Source of the DNA: Limnothrix sp. BL-A-16
Lineage (GTDB): Bacteria; Cyanobacteriota; Cyanobacteriia; CACIAM-69d
Length of the DNA stretch: 64,000 bases
Assembly (NCBI GenBank): GCA_041937175.2
Contig: CP166615.1
Span: forward strand, 4,160,001-4,224,000
Reading direction: 5' to 3'
The notes under the pieces were generated by a model. It was not told the origin of the DNA. It ran no database searches and saw nothing but the letters and a program-made list of their open reading frames with translations. Of the stretch, positions 30,517 through 40,080 are shown one piece after another. The position numbers and the translations under genes are program-made. Position 1 is the first letter of the stretch. The number at the start of each line of letters is the position of its first letter.

Positions 30517-32370
30517 ATGGAAATTGAAGCGGCTGTTCAACGAACCTTTGCCACAGGCTCAGCGTCTGGATCGGTGGCGGAAGCGGCAAGACGCTGGATG
30601 GCTCTGCCCGATAGCGCTGCCCGATCGAGTTGTTTGCTAGTTCTCGAAAGCAATCAGCTTAAGGGCGTGGTCTTGCCTCGGGATCTCTTGCGGGCCCTGG
30701 CCACTCAGCCCAGTCGGCTGCTGGGAACCATTGCCCAGGCCGTCCAACCAATCTTGCTCAAGGACTTGGGGCAATGGATTGGCACCATTGAGGGCCTCCG
30801 AACCCTGTTGGATCTGTTTACCCGCCAGGGCCTCGATATTTTGCCCGTGGTGGATGGGGGACTGCGGCCCCTAGGGGTGTTGCCGCTGATGGTCGTCTCC
30901 CAAGAGCTGATTTTGCGACTGCAACAACAGGCCGATCACCGTGACCTGGCCGAGCAGCAGTTAATGACTGCCTATGCCGAGATGCGGGGCATGTTGGAAG
31001 CCTTGCCGGATCTGGTGCTGGAGTTGTCAACGGAGCAGGCCCATGTGCGGGTGATGCCCACCCAGTTGGCCCAGGTGTCGAATCATGGGGGTGAGCTAAT
31101 TAATCAGATGGTGGAGATTCTGACGGATTCCACCCGATCGGGCCCTTGGTTGGCCGCCGCGCGGGAAGCCATTCGGCAACAACGTTCCCTGTCCTTGGAA
31201 TATTCCCTGCGGCTGGGGGAGCAGGAGGCTTGGTTTATCGCCAACATCGCCCCCACCTCCCACAGCAGCGTGATTTGGGTGGCGCGTGATATCAGCGATC
31301 GCAAACGGGCCGAGCGGGCCCTGGCCGAAGCCAATGTCCAACTCAAGGCTTGGATTGATACCCTAGAGCGCCGCAACCAGGAGTTGAAACTGCTGGGCGA
31401 TCTCAGCGGCCTGCTGCAAACTTGCCTGAGCATCGCTGAGGCGGGCCGTGCCTTGCCCAGTGTGTTGATGGCTTTGTTTCCGCGCTGTAGTGGAGGGGTG
31501 TTTTTATACGACGACAGCAAGGGCGTATTTTCCCTGATCAGCCAGTGGGGCGATAGTTTCTCTAGCCAATCGACCTTTGCCTTTCGTCATTGCTGGGCCC
31601 TGCGGCGTGGGCGATCGCACCGAGTGGAAGCGGGGCCGCAAAACCTGCGCTGTCAGCACGCCTTTGAGGGGTTCATTGGCGAATCTCTCTGTATGCCTTT
31701 GGTGGGGCGGGGGCAAACCTTGGGCCTGTTGCACCTTTGCACCCAGCCCAATCAGCGTCTGATTTCCGAATACCAACCCATGGCCACGGCCGTGGCGGAG
31801 CACTTGGGCTTGGCCTTGTCTGATATGCAATCGCGCCAGAAACATAACCTGGTGACGCTTCAAGATGAGGATGCACAACTGTTTAATCGGCAATATTTAG
31901 AGCAGCGGCTTCAGCGCGACTTGTTAAATATGGCCCGTGCCCAGCAACCCTTGAGTTTGTTGGCGATCGCCCTGGATGGGTTGGCTGTGGCGGAGCGTCT
32001 TTCGGGCCAAGATACCAGCCGATATCTGTTGCAACGGGTGGTGATGCGGTTGCGCAACCATATTTCTGAGTTGGAAGCCCTGGGGCGCTACGGCAAATAT
32101 GACTTGGTGCTGTTGCTGCCCAACACGGAGATTGAGGAAGCCTGTCGCCGAGCGGAGCGGTTGCGCCAACTGTTGTCGTCGTTGGATGCGTCCCTGCTGG
32201 AGTTTGCGCCCCAAGGAATTGGCGTGGCGATCGGGATTGCCAGTTTCCCAGACCATGGCCGCACGGCGGCTGAGTTATTGCACCGGGCAGACGTGGCCCT
32301 GTATCGGGCCCGATCGGGCAAGGGTAACGGGATTGTGCCCTATAGTTTGCCCGACAGCGATCGCGCCTAG
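30517..32370 (+). CDS. CBS-PAS-GAF sensor with degenerate GGDEF domain
   Basis: CBS-like N-terminus, ARDISDRK PAC end, CWALRRG GAF, GGDEF fold (LFNRQYL...AD.ALYRA..G) but active site reads YGKYD. Confidence 0.85.
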   Translation: MEIEAAVQRTFATGSASGSVAEAARRWMALPDSAARSSCLLVLESNQLKGVVLPRDLLRALATQPSRLLGTIAQAVQPILLKDLGQWIGTIEGLRTLLDLFTRQGLDILPVVDGGLRPLGVLPLMVVSQELILRLQQQADHRDLAEQQLMTAYAEMRGMLEALPDLVLELSTEQAHVRVMPTQLAQVSNHGGELINQMVEILTDSTRSGPWLAAAREAIRQQRSLSLEYSLRLGEQEAWFIANIAPTSHSSVIWVARDISDRKRAERALAEANVQLKAWIDTLERRNQELKLLGDLSGLLQTCLSIAEAGRALPSVLMALFPRCSGGVFLYDDSKGVFSLISQWGDSFSSQSTFAFRHCWALRRGRSHRVEAGPQNLRCQHAFEGFIGESLCMPLVGRGQTLGLLHLCTQPNQRLISEYQPMATAVAEHLGLALSDMQSRQKHNLVTLQDEDAQLFNRQYLEQRLQRDLLNMARAQQPLSLLAIALDGLAVAERLSGQDTSRYLLQRVVMRLRNHISELEALGRYGKYDLVLLLPNTEIEEACRRAERLRQLLSSLDASLLEFAPQGIGVAIGIASFPDHGRTAAELLHRADVALYRARSGKGNGIVPYSLPDSDRA

Positions 32371-32571
32371 ATCGTCCATTCCCGCTCATCGTCCTGATTT
32401 CGGCCCTGAGCATCCGGTTCTAGACCGCTACCCGATCGCCGGCCTCGTTAAGATAGAAGGCCCCAAGCGGCGGTTCGCGAACCAAAAGTCGGGCCCTGTC
32501 GTCAATTGGCGTTAGAGTAGCCACAATGCGCGATCAACCGTCGCTTTCTACTGTTGTTGAGTTTCGTTGGT

Positions 32572-34410
32572 ATGGTTCAGCAATTGCCCGATCGTCCCCT
32601 GCCCGCCGCCGACCAGGTTGATAAAATCACCCTGCCGAAAACTAGCGAATCGGAAACGCTGAAGAAAATTCGCCACACCACTTCCCATGTGATGGCCATG
32701 GCGGTGCAGCGCTTGTTTCCCAAGGCCCAAGTGACGATCGGCCCCTGGATCGAAAACGGCTTTTACTACGATTTTGATAGCCCTGAACCCTTCAGTGAAG
32801 AGGCGTTGAAGGCGATCAAAAAAGAGATGATCAAAATCATCAACAAAAAGCTGCCGGTGATTCGCGAAGAGGTGTCCCGCGAGGAAGCCAAGCGCCGAAT
32901 TGAGGCGATCGGGGAACCCTACAAACTGGAAATTCTCGACGACATCAAAACCGAGCCAATCACGATCTATCACCTGGGCGATCAGTGGTGGGATCTTTGC
33001 GCCGGGCCCCACTTGGAAAACACCTCGGAAATTAACCCCAAGGCGATCGAATTGGAAACGGTGGCCGGAGCCTATTGGCGCGGTGATGCCACCAAGGCCC
33101 AGCTCCAACGGATCTATGGCACGGCCTGGGAAAGCCCCGAGCAACTGACCGAATATAAACGCCGCAAGGAAGAAGCCCTCAAGCGCGATCACCGCAAACT
33201 GGGCAAAGACCTGGGGCTGTTTATCTTCGCCGATCCCGTCGGGCCCGGCTTGCCCCTCTGGACTCCCAAGGGCACGATGCTGCGATCGATCCTGGAGGAC
33301 TTCCTCAAAGGCGAACAGGTGAAACGTGGCTACTTGCCCGTGGTCACGCCCCACATTGCCCGGGTGGATTTGTTCAAAACCTCCGGCCACTGGCAAAAAT
33401 ACAAGGAAGACATGTTCCCGATGATGGCCGAGTCGCCGGACGAGGCGGCCGCCGAATTGGGCTTTGTGCTGAAGCCGATGAACTGCCCCTTCCACATCCA
33501 AATCTTTAAGAGCCAGTTGCGATCGTACCGAGAGCTGCCGATGCGCCTGGCGGAATTTGGCACAGTCTATCGCTACGAGCAGTCCGGCGAGCTGGGCGGC
33601 CTAACAAGGGTACGCGGCTTCACGGTGGATGACTCCCACCTATTCGTGGCTCCCGAGCAACTCGACGCGGAATTTCTGAAGGTGGTGGATCTGATCCTGA
33701 CGGTGTTCAGGGCGCTGCAACTGAAAAACTTCAAAGCGCGCCTTAGCTTCCGCGATCCCGACTCCGACAAGTACATCGGCTCCGATGAGGCCTGGAACAA
33801 GGCCCAAAACGCCATTCGATCGGCCGTGCAAACTCTGGGCATGAGTTCCTTTGAAGCCCCCGGCGAAGCGGCCTTCTACGGGCCCAAGCTGGACTTTATT
33901 TTCCAAGATGCCCTGGAGCGCGAGTGGCAACTGGGGACGGTGCAGGTGGATTACAACCTGCCGGAGCGCTTCGATTTGGAATATGTGGCGGCCGATGGCA
34001 GCCGCCAGCGGCCGGTGATGATCCACCGGGCCCCCTTCGGCTCGATCGAGCGGCTGGTGGGCATCCTGATCGAAGAATATGCCGGAGATTTCCCCTTCTG
34101 GTTGGCTCCGGAGCAAATTCGGCTGTTGCCCGTGGGCGACAACTTCCGCGACTATGCCGATCGAGTCGTGGAGCAACTGCAAATGGCGGGCATTCGGGCC
34201 ACGGTGGATGGTTCGGGCGATCGGCTGGGCAAAATTGTCCGCAACGCCGAAAAGGAAAAAATCCCCGTGATGGCCGTGGTCGGTGAAAAAGAATTGGAAA
34301 CCAACAGCCTCAGCCTTCGCACCCGGGCTGACGGCGACTTGGGATCGGTGACGGTGGCCACCACGATCGAACGGGCCACGGCCGCCAACCGCGATCGCGC
34401 TGCCTTCTAA
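32572..34410 (+). CDS. thrS: Threonine--tRNA ligase
   Basis: IRHTTSHVMA, DLCAGPH, RDHRKLG, KPMNCP, YRYEQSG, AAFYGPK, HRAPFGSIER. Confidence 0.98.
   Translation: MVQQLPDRPLPAADQVDKITLPKTSESETLKKIRHTTSHVMAMAVQRLFPKAQVTIGPWIENGFYYDFDSPEPFSEEALKAIKKEMIKIINKKLPVIREEVSREEAKRRIEAIGEPYKLEILDDIKTEPITIYHLGDQWWDLCAGPHLENTSEINPKAIELETVAGAYWRGDATKAQLQRIYGTAWESPEQLTEYKRRKEEALKRDHRKLGKDLGLFIFADPVGPGLPLWTPKGTMLRSILEDFLKGEQVKRGYLPVVTPHIARVDLFKTSGHWQKYKEDMFPMMAESPDEAAAELGFVLKPMNCPFHIQIFKSQLRSYRELPMRLAEFGTVYRYEQSGELGGLTRVRGFTVDDSHLFVAPEQLDAEFLKVVDLILTVFRALQLKNFKARLSFRDPDSDKYIGSDEAWNKAQNAIRSAVQTLGMSSFEAPGEAAFYGPKLDFIFQDALEREWQLGTVQVDYNLPERFDLEYVAADGSRQRPVMIHRAPFGSIERLVGILIEEYAGDFPFWLAPEQIRLLPVGDNFRDYADRVVEQLQMAGIRATVDGSGDRLGKIVRNAEKEKIPVMAVVGEKELETNSLSLRTRADGDLGSVTVATTIERATAANRDRAAF
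34339..34398. repeat. Direct repeat, left copy (attL-like, in the thrS 3' end)
   Basis: 59/60 identical to 36630-36689. Confidence 0.93.
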
Positions 34411-34526
34411 AGCATCTTGCACCTCAGGAATTGAGCGAAAGCTCTGAGTGTTGCTAGCGAGTGACTCATTAAACTTTGTCCTAGCTAGCAACGCTCTTTG
34501 CAAATCTCAAAAAGAATTTTGAAGCA

Positions 34527-35894
34527 ATGAATACTCTGCAATTAGATCGATTTTCAACTAAGCAGCGATCAGAATCATCAGGAATTAGTAGAGTAGCAAT
34601 TCAAGGCTATAAATCGATCTTTAATCAATGCTCAATTGATCTTAGCTATTTAACTGTGATTGCAGGATCTAATAGTTCTGGCAAATCCAGCCTGTTTCAG
34701 CCATTATTAATCCTTAAACAGACTCTTGAGTCTCCGTTTGATCCTGGCAGCTTATTGATCAATGGTGATTCTGTCAATATTACTTCCTTGGATCAATTGT
34801 TGTCTCATGTTCCTGATCACAGACGAAATCGCAATTTAATTATTGAGCTTGAACTTCATTTAGAGAAATCAGTTAGGCTTACGTTCTCTGAAAAGCAGAA
34901 AAAACAAGGACTAAAAATCATTGAATCCTGTTATGAAGTAAAAGATTCAGAGAAGGTTTTTGTCTTAAAGAAGGAACTATCTCAAGAGCATCTTGTTGAT
35001 CTTATGCAAAATATGATTGAAGATCGATTTGGTGATGCTGCACCTCTTATAGAAGTTTTGAAGAAATATTCAATAAACCCATTAATTGAAGGAAGTTGCT
35101 TCTTTGACTTGGGATTGACGACACCACAGTTATCACTTTCAATAGGTCTTTTTAATGATTATGCAAATGAAGTTCGACGTATTATCCATGTTTCAGGAAT
35201 TCGAAGAAACCCAGAGAGAACATATCAAAAAACAGCAATAGGTCCAGAATTTAGTGGCGCTTTTGACAAATATGTAGCTAGCGTGATCCTTGCCTGGAAA
35301 ACCGAGCAAAAATCAAAATTTAAGCAACTTAATGAAGATCTTGCTGAATTGGGCTTGACTTGGAAGATTGATGCTAGACAGTTGGATGACTCGCAATTGG
35401 AGTTGCTAGTTGGTCGCGGCCCTACCCATGGCTCAAGCAGGAATAAGAAGCACAAACCCAGTGATACCGTCAACATTGCAGATGTTGGGTTTGGAGTTTC
35501 ACAGGTTTTACCTGTCTTGGTAGCATTATTGGTTGCAGAGCCAGGGCAGCTTGTCTATATTGAGCAACCCGAAATTCATTTACATCCCAAAGCACAAGTG
35601 GCTTTAGCTAAGCTGTTAGTCCGAGCTGCACTTCGGAAAGTTCGGGTCGTTGTCGAAACCCACAGCTCTATCCTGCTACTAGCAATTCAATCATTAGTTG
35701 CTGAAGGGGAACTACCACCTTCAGACACATACCTTCATTGGGTTAGTCGTGATCCTGAAGGTATTACCGAAGTGAGTAGCCAGCAACTTGATGAAACTGG
35801 TGCTTTTGGTGACTGGCCCGAAGACTTTGCAGATACTATGTTAGATCTTAATAGTCGCTACCTAGATGCCGTGGAAAACACAATATTTGGCTGA
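34527..35894 (+). CDS. ABC/SMC-type ATPase (AAA_15/AAA_21-like, DUF3696-like C-terminus)
   Basis: IQGYKS, Walker A GSNSSGKS, signature VGFGVSQVLP, Walker B YIEQPEIHLHP, H-loop ETHS, C-terminal WPEDF. Confidence 0.88.
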   Translation: MNTLQLDRFSTKQRSESSGISRVAIQGYKSIFNQCSIDLSYLTVIAGSNSSGKSSLFQPLLILKQTLESPFDPGSLLINGDSVNITSLDQLLSHVPDHRRNRNLIIELELHLEKSVRLTFSEKQKKQGLKIIESCYEVKDSEKVFVLKKELSQEHLVDLMQNMIEDRFGDAAPLIEVLKKYSINPLIEGSCFFDLGLTTPQLSLSIGLFNDYANEVRRIIHVSGIRRNPERTYQKTAIGPEFSGAFDKYVASVILAWKTEQKSKFKQLNEDLAELGLTWKIDARQLDDSQLELLVGRGPTHGSSRNKKHKPSDTVNIADVGFGVSQVLPVLVALLVAEPGQLVYIEQPEIHLHPKAQVALAKLLVRAALRKVRVVVETHSSILLLAIQSLVAEGELPPSDTYLHWVSRDPEGITEVSSQQLDETGAFGDWPEDFADTMLDLNSRYLDAVENTIFG

Positions 35895-35925
35895 GGACTT
35901 ATCCAGAAAAATACAAAGAACTGAA

Positions 35926-36513
35926 ATGAGCAAAAAAACTGGAAAGAGCCTAGTAATCGATGCTTGCATTGCGCGATCTGCTAGCGAAACCAATCATCCT
36001 ATCTCTAGTGCATGTCGAGAATGCCTTAAATCAATTCTGAAACATTCGCACCGCATGGTTATAACAAAAGAAATTTCTCGAGAATGGAGAAAGCATCAAT
36101 CACCATTTGCTCAAGAGTGGCTCAAGACGATGTTTCAAAGAAAAAGACTTCATAGTCTTAAGCCTTCCCAAGTTGAAAACATAGATGGATTGATGGATTT
36201 TATTGACACTTTAGAATTTCAGAAAGAGAGAGAGGATGCTTATAAAGATATACATCTCATAGAAGCAGCCATAGCTTCTGACAAGAGGATTATTTCATCG
36301 GATGAGAAAACAGCACGAAAGTTTTTCAGCGCTGCGACTGAGACTGTTCCTATCATTGGAGATATCCTGTGGGCTAACCCAGTGAAGCCTGAAGAATCAG
36401 TAGCAGATTGGATCGCTCAAGGCACTCCACTGGAACCCGAGAGAACGCTTAAAGCATTTCGACAACGATCGAAAACTGCCCAAGGCTCAAGCTCGCCTGA
36501 GAGAATTGGATAG
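35926..36513 (+). CDS. PIN-domain-like protein (putative nuclease)
   Basis: N-terminal strand LVIDACI, later E(W), KDIHLIEAA and IISSDE; the acidic residue spacing is PIN-like. Confidence 0.65.
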   Translation: MSKKTGKSLVIDACIARSASETNHPISSACRECLKSILKHSHRMVITKEISREWRKHQSPFAQEWLKTMFQRKRLHSLKPSQVENIDGLMDFIDTLEFQKEREDAYKDIHLIEAAIASDKRIISSDEKTARKFFSAATETVPIIGDILWANPVKPEESVADWIAQGTPLEPERTLKAFRQRSKTAQGSSSPERIG

Positions 36514-36629
36514 AGTATTTGTCACTTCCATGTCTATCAGATTTACGATATTGCCCAATTTTCATGAATAATTGTGGCTGGTGAATTTTAATCTTTGTTG
36601 TTTTCGCTGTAAGCCAGCTACAAGGGATT

Positions 36630-36689
36630 TTGGGGTCGGTGACGGTGGCCACCACGATCGAACGGGCCACGGCCGCCAACCGCGATCGC
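36630..36689. repeat. Direct repeat, right copy (attR-like, displaced thrS 3' end)
   Basis: Reads LGSVTVATTIERATAANRDR then TDF-stop (TAG 36699-36701) in the same register as thrS. Confidence 0.93.
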
Positions 36690-36877
36690 ACCGATTTTTA
36701 GAGTTCAGGGCAGCGCCAGCCCAGAAAAGCTCTAGCCTAGGGAGGTGGAAACGGCCGATCGTGCCCCTGTCCCCGATCGGGGATGTGCCTAGGTTGCCCA
36801 TTGCCCCATCCTCGATCGTCCAACGGCTCAATAGTTCCCCATCAAGTCCCCATCACAAGTACCGCTTGAACTTTGCG

Positions 36878-37366
36878 ATGAAACTTCAATCCACAATTGC
36901 AGCGATCGCCCTGGGTTTACCGCTGCTGCTGACCCCCACCGCTGCCCAAGCCAACGAATACGATCGCTGTGTGCGCGACCTGCGCGACTCCAACATCAGC
37001 CCCGACCTGATCGCTAGCTCCTGTGCCTATGTGCTCCACCCCGAGGATTTGGGCGACTGCGTGGAGCGAATTGACGAAAAAACCACCATCTCAGCGGAAG
37101 CGGCCCTCAGAACCTGTCGGCAAGCGCGCCGCCCGATCGACACCGCCAACTGTGTGGTCAGCATCTCGCGGGCCGGAGCCGTTGACGGCAGCGCCGTTTT
37201 GGAGCACTGTCGCCGCAGTCTGCTGCCCGAACGGTTTGCCCGCTGTGTTACCACCCTGAATCGCCAGGTGACCAGTGACCTGACCACCGCCATGGGCCAA
37301 TGCATTGACGGGCGCGATCGCCCCCGTGACATGTATCCCGAATATCCCGGGCGATCGGGCAACTGA
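36878..37366 (+). CDS. Secreted cysteine-repeat hypothetical protein
   Basis: Signal peptide MKLQSTIAAIALGLPLLLTPTAAQA; 8 Cys in ~31-aa repeats. Confidence 0.8.
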   Translation: MKLQSTIAAIALGLPLLLTPTAAQANEYDRCVRDLRDSNISPDLIASSCAYVLHPEDLGDCVERIDEKTTISAEAALRTCRQARRPIDTANCVVSISRAGAVDGSAVLEHCRRSLLPERFARCVTTLNRQVTSDLTTAMGQCIDGRDRPRDMYPEYPGRSGN

Positions 37367-37706
37367 GATTGGTGACTGAGATCGTAAAACTGAGGCCGTA
37401 AATCAGCGTTTTGGTTGATTTGGGTTCCAGTTGATTTGGGTTCGATCGGGTTTGGCCCACCTGTCCGTGGCCTTGCCAAGCCCACACCCTCTTCAAGAGA
37501 ACTGGATCTATCTCCTAGGGTTAAGCCGCAGTCGTTGAGGCTGAACCGCTAACCCCAGGAGATAGACCCAATCCCAGTGATCTCAATTGTGGGCAGGATA
37601 TTCAATCCTGAAGCCTATTAGGTGTTGGTTGATAGTTTTTGGATGGTTGGTGGATTGTTCACGGCATGGTGCCCCCTCTCACCTTGCCTAGTGCCCTCGG
37701 AAATTC

Positions 37707-38105
37707 CTACTCGCTGCGGCCCACCAATTTGGGAATCGGTGGCGCAACGGGCAACAGGTTGGCATCCTTGGTGACAATGTGGCCCACGTAGAAAGCTCCC
37801 GCTTCAATGTTCAGGGCGCTAACCACCACATCCCCCTCCAGGCGTGAGGTGCGCGTTAGGGTCAGACTCCCTTCGGCCACAATACTGGCCTTCACTGTGC
37901 CGTGAATGATGATGTTGCCGGCTTTGACCTCGGGCCCTTCGATCGAGCCAGTCGCCGAAATCTCCAAATCCCCATTCACTTCCACCGTGCCCCGCACCGC
38001 ACCATCAACCCGTAAACCGCCCTGGACTCTTAAGTTTCCTTGAAAATCACTTCCCTCAGCCAGATAGGTCACTGACGGCATTAGTTTTTTGCTACGTCCA
38101 AACAT
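37707..38105 (-). CDS. Bactofilin (polymer-forming cytoskeletal protein)
   Basis: TYLAEGSDFQGNL...LRVDG.V.G.V...I.G.V.A...LEGDV....L.IE.GA.Y.G beta-helix pattern. Confidence 0.9.
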   Translation of the reverse strand: MFGRSKKLMPSVTYLAEGSDFQGNLRVQGGLRVDGAVRGTVEVNGDLEISATGSIEGPEVKAGNIIIHGTVKASIVAEGSLTLTRTSRLEGDVVVSALNIEAGAFYVGHIVTKDANLLPVAPPIPKLVGRSE

Positions 38106-38887
38106 CGGTTAACTCCAGAGTCACTATTGCATTGATCCATCCCCGCTTTCCTCCCAGCACGCGGCCTCGCGATCGAGGCCTGCTTCATTCTTCAACTCCT
38201 TGAAATTGCTTGAACTCCTTTGCAAGTTTGCTGGGTCATTGACCCAGGTGGTGTTGCCATCAACAACAATTTATACTTCCGATCCTTGTTATTTTTCTGA
38301 CCTCTTAGTTTTTCCGTTCCCTGCGTTTAAGGCGTGTTACTGATGGTGGCTTGCTCTAGGGGATAGAGTTGTCTTGAGATAAATGTCCACAGCCTGATTT
38401 CAGGGTTTTTACGGACAAGATGCACTGATTTGGGTAATGGATAAAACTGTGAATCAACCATCGCCAAACGGTTCTGAGCTGGTGGTTGATGGAAGAGGAT
38501 CAAGCAGGGGCTAAGTTCTAAAATTCCCAAAAATTGCCCAAAATAAGCTCAAAATCCTGAAAAATTTGATTTTTCTCGACAATGATCGCCAAGAATTTTC
38601 TGAACGACGGTTTTCTAAATTTCAGAACAATCAATGCGACTCAGAACCTAGGAACCCAAACGAACGCAAATCAATCATGGTCGGTCTTTGGGCGTAATTT
38701 TGCCAGGATCGTTGATCTGTAATTGATGGTGAGTTGAGTCATGGGCGAGGGCTGCTGAATTGGGATGCAGCTTTACCCGTGACGGGTCATGCCCCCTGAA
38801 GGATCGTGGGACATTTTGGAGAAGCAATGATTGCAAGACAATCGGAAGGATCTATTTTGAAGGATCTATAGGGTATGACAATAGGGT

Positions 38888-39838
38888 ATGGCGATCGATT
38901 GGCAATTTCGGCTCGGTTGTGCTGTGTGGTCTTATCCCGGTTGGGTGGGTTCCGTCTATCCTGCGGGAACTTCGGGGCAAAAAGCCCTGCGTTGTTATGG
39001 CGAGCGGTTTTGGGCCGTTGAGGGCAACACGACGTTTTATGGTGTGCCAACGGCAGCCACGGTGCAGCGCTGGGGATCGTTGGTTCCCGATGGATTTCGC
39101 TTTTGCCTGAAGTTGCCTCGGGATGTGACCCATCTGGGGCCCTTGCTCGATCGCGGGCCGGCGGCGTTGGCCTTTGCGGAGCGGGCGGCGGCCTTGGGCG
39201 ATCGGTGCGGGCCCTTGTTTGCCCAGCTTCCTCCTAGCTACGGCCCCAGCCAGAGTGCAGATTTGCGACAGTTTTTGAGTCAATGGCGACAGTCAACCGA
39301 TGTCCCTTTGGCGTTGGAGGTGCGTCACCGGGATTGGTTTTTGCCCCATTGGCGCGATCGCCTCAACGGTTGGTTACGAGAGCTGGGAATGGGGCGGGTG
39401 GTGTTGGACACGCGGCCCATTTATCGGGGTTTGGATTTGGCCCGGGAAGATCCCCAACGGCAATCCCAACGGCGCAAACCGGATTTGCCGTTGCAGGCCT
39501 GTGTAACGGCGGAGTTCGCGATCGTCCGGTTCATTTCCCACCCGGAAGCCTGGCGCAATGAGGCTTATTTGTTGGAATGGCGCGATCGGGTGTTGCGCTG
39601 GCTGGAGCGAGGGGTGCAACTGTATTTTTTTGTCCATTGCCCGATCGAGGATCATTCGCCCCACACGGCCCGCCAGTTTCAGGCTCTGCTAGAGGCGGCG
39701 ACGGTTCCGGCCGTGGCCGCGATCGCCCCTTTGCCTTGGAATCAGTTATCAGTCACCGAAGGCGCGGCCGCAATGGCCAGGGATCGGACTGGGGGCGATC
39801 GCTCCGGATCCCAAAACGATCAGCTTTCCCTGTTTTAG
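38888..39838 (+). CDS. DUF72-domain protein
   Basis: GCAVWSY..W, VEGNTTFY..P, FCLKLPR.VTH, QLPPSY, ALEVRH. Confidence 0.92.
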   Translation: MAIDWQFRLGCAVWSYPGWVGSVYPAGTSGQKALRCYGERFWAVEGNTTFYGVPTAATVQRWGSLVPDGFRFCLKLPRDVTHLGPLLDRGPAALAFAERAAALGDRCGPLFAQLPPSYGPSQSADLRQFLSQWRQSTDVPLALEVRHRDWFLPHWRDRLNGWLRELGMGRVVLDTRPIYRGLDLAREDPQRQSQRRKPDLPLQACVTAEFAIVRFISHPEAWRNEAYLLEWRDRVLRWLERGVQLYFFVHCPIEDHSPHTARQFQALLEAATVPAVAAIAPLPWNQLSVTEGAAAMARDRTGGDRSGSQNDQLSLF

Positions 39839-39841
39839 GAG

Positions 39842-39889
39842 GCCGTATTTTGAGGGAGCCGTATTTTGAGGGAGCCGTATTTTGAGGGA
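39842..39889. repeat. Tandem repeat GCCGTATTTTGAGGGA x3
   Basis: Three exact 16-bp units between convergent stop codons. Confidence 0.9.
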
Positions 39890-39909
39890 AAGAGACCGCA
39901 GCGAAGCGA

Positions 39910-40080
39910 CTACATCAGACCGGTGCGATCGACCAACAGGGCCACACCTGCCGAAAAGGCCGTAATGCCCATCGCGATCCAGGGGCTTTGACCGAAGGCC
40001 ACCGCGAAGGACACGGCCACACCGGCCCCAACGGCAGCGGAAATAACACCAGTGACCAAATCTTTTTGCTCGGGTTGCAT
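39910..40080 (-). CDS. Small two-helix membrane protein, hypothetical
   Basis: ATG at 40080 preceded by AAGGA; two hydrophobic segments around GQSPW. Confidence 0.7.
   Translation of the reverse strand: MQPEQKDLVTGVISAAVGAGVAVSFAVAFGQSPWIAMGITAFSAGVALLVDRTGLM

Larger units (their letters stand above)
34399..36689. mobile_element. Integrated AT-rich genomic islet (2291-bp repeat-to-repeat offset), no integrase
   Basis: Flanking 60-bp direct repeats, abrupt AT-rich composition, no GCGATCGC between the repeats. Confidence 0.8.
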
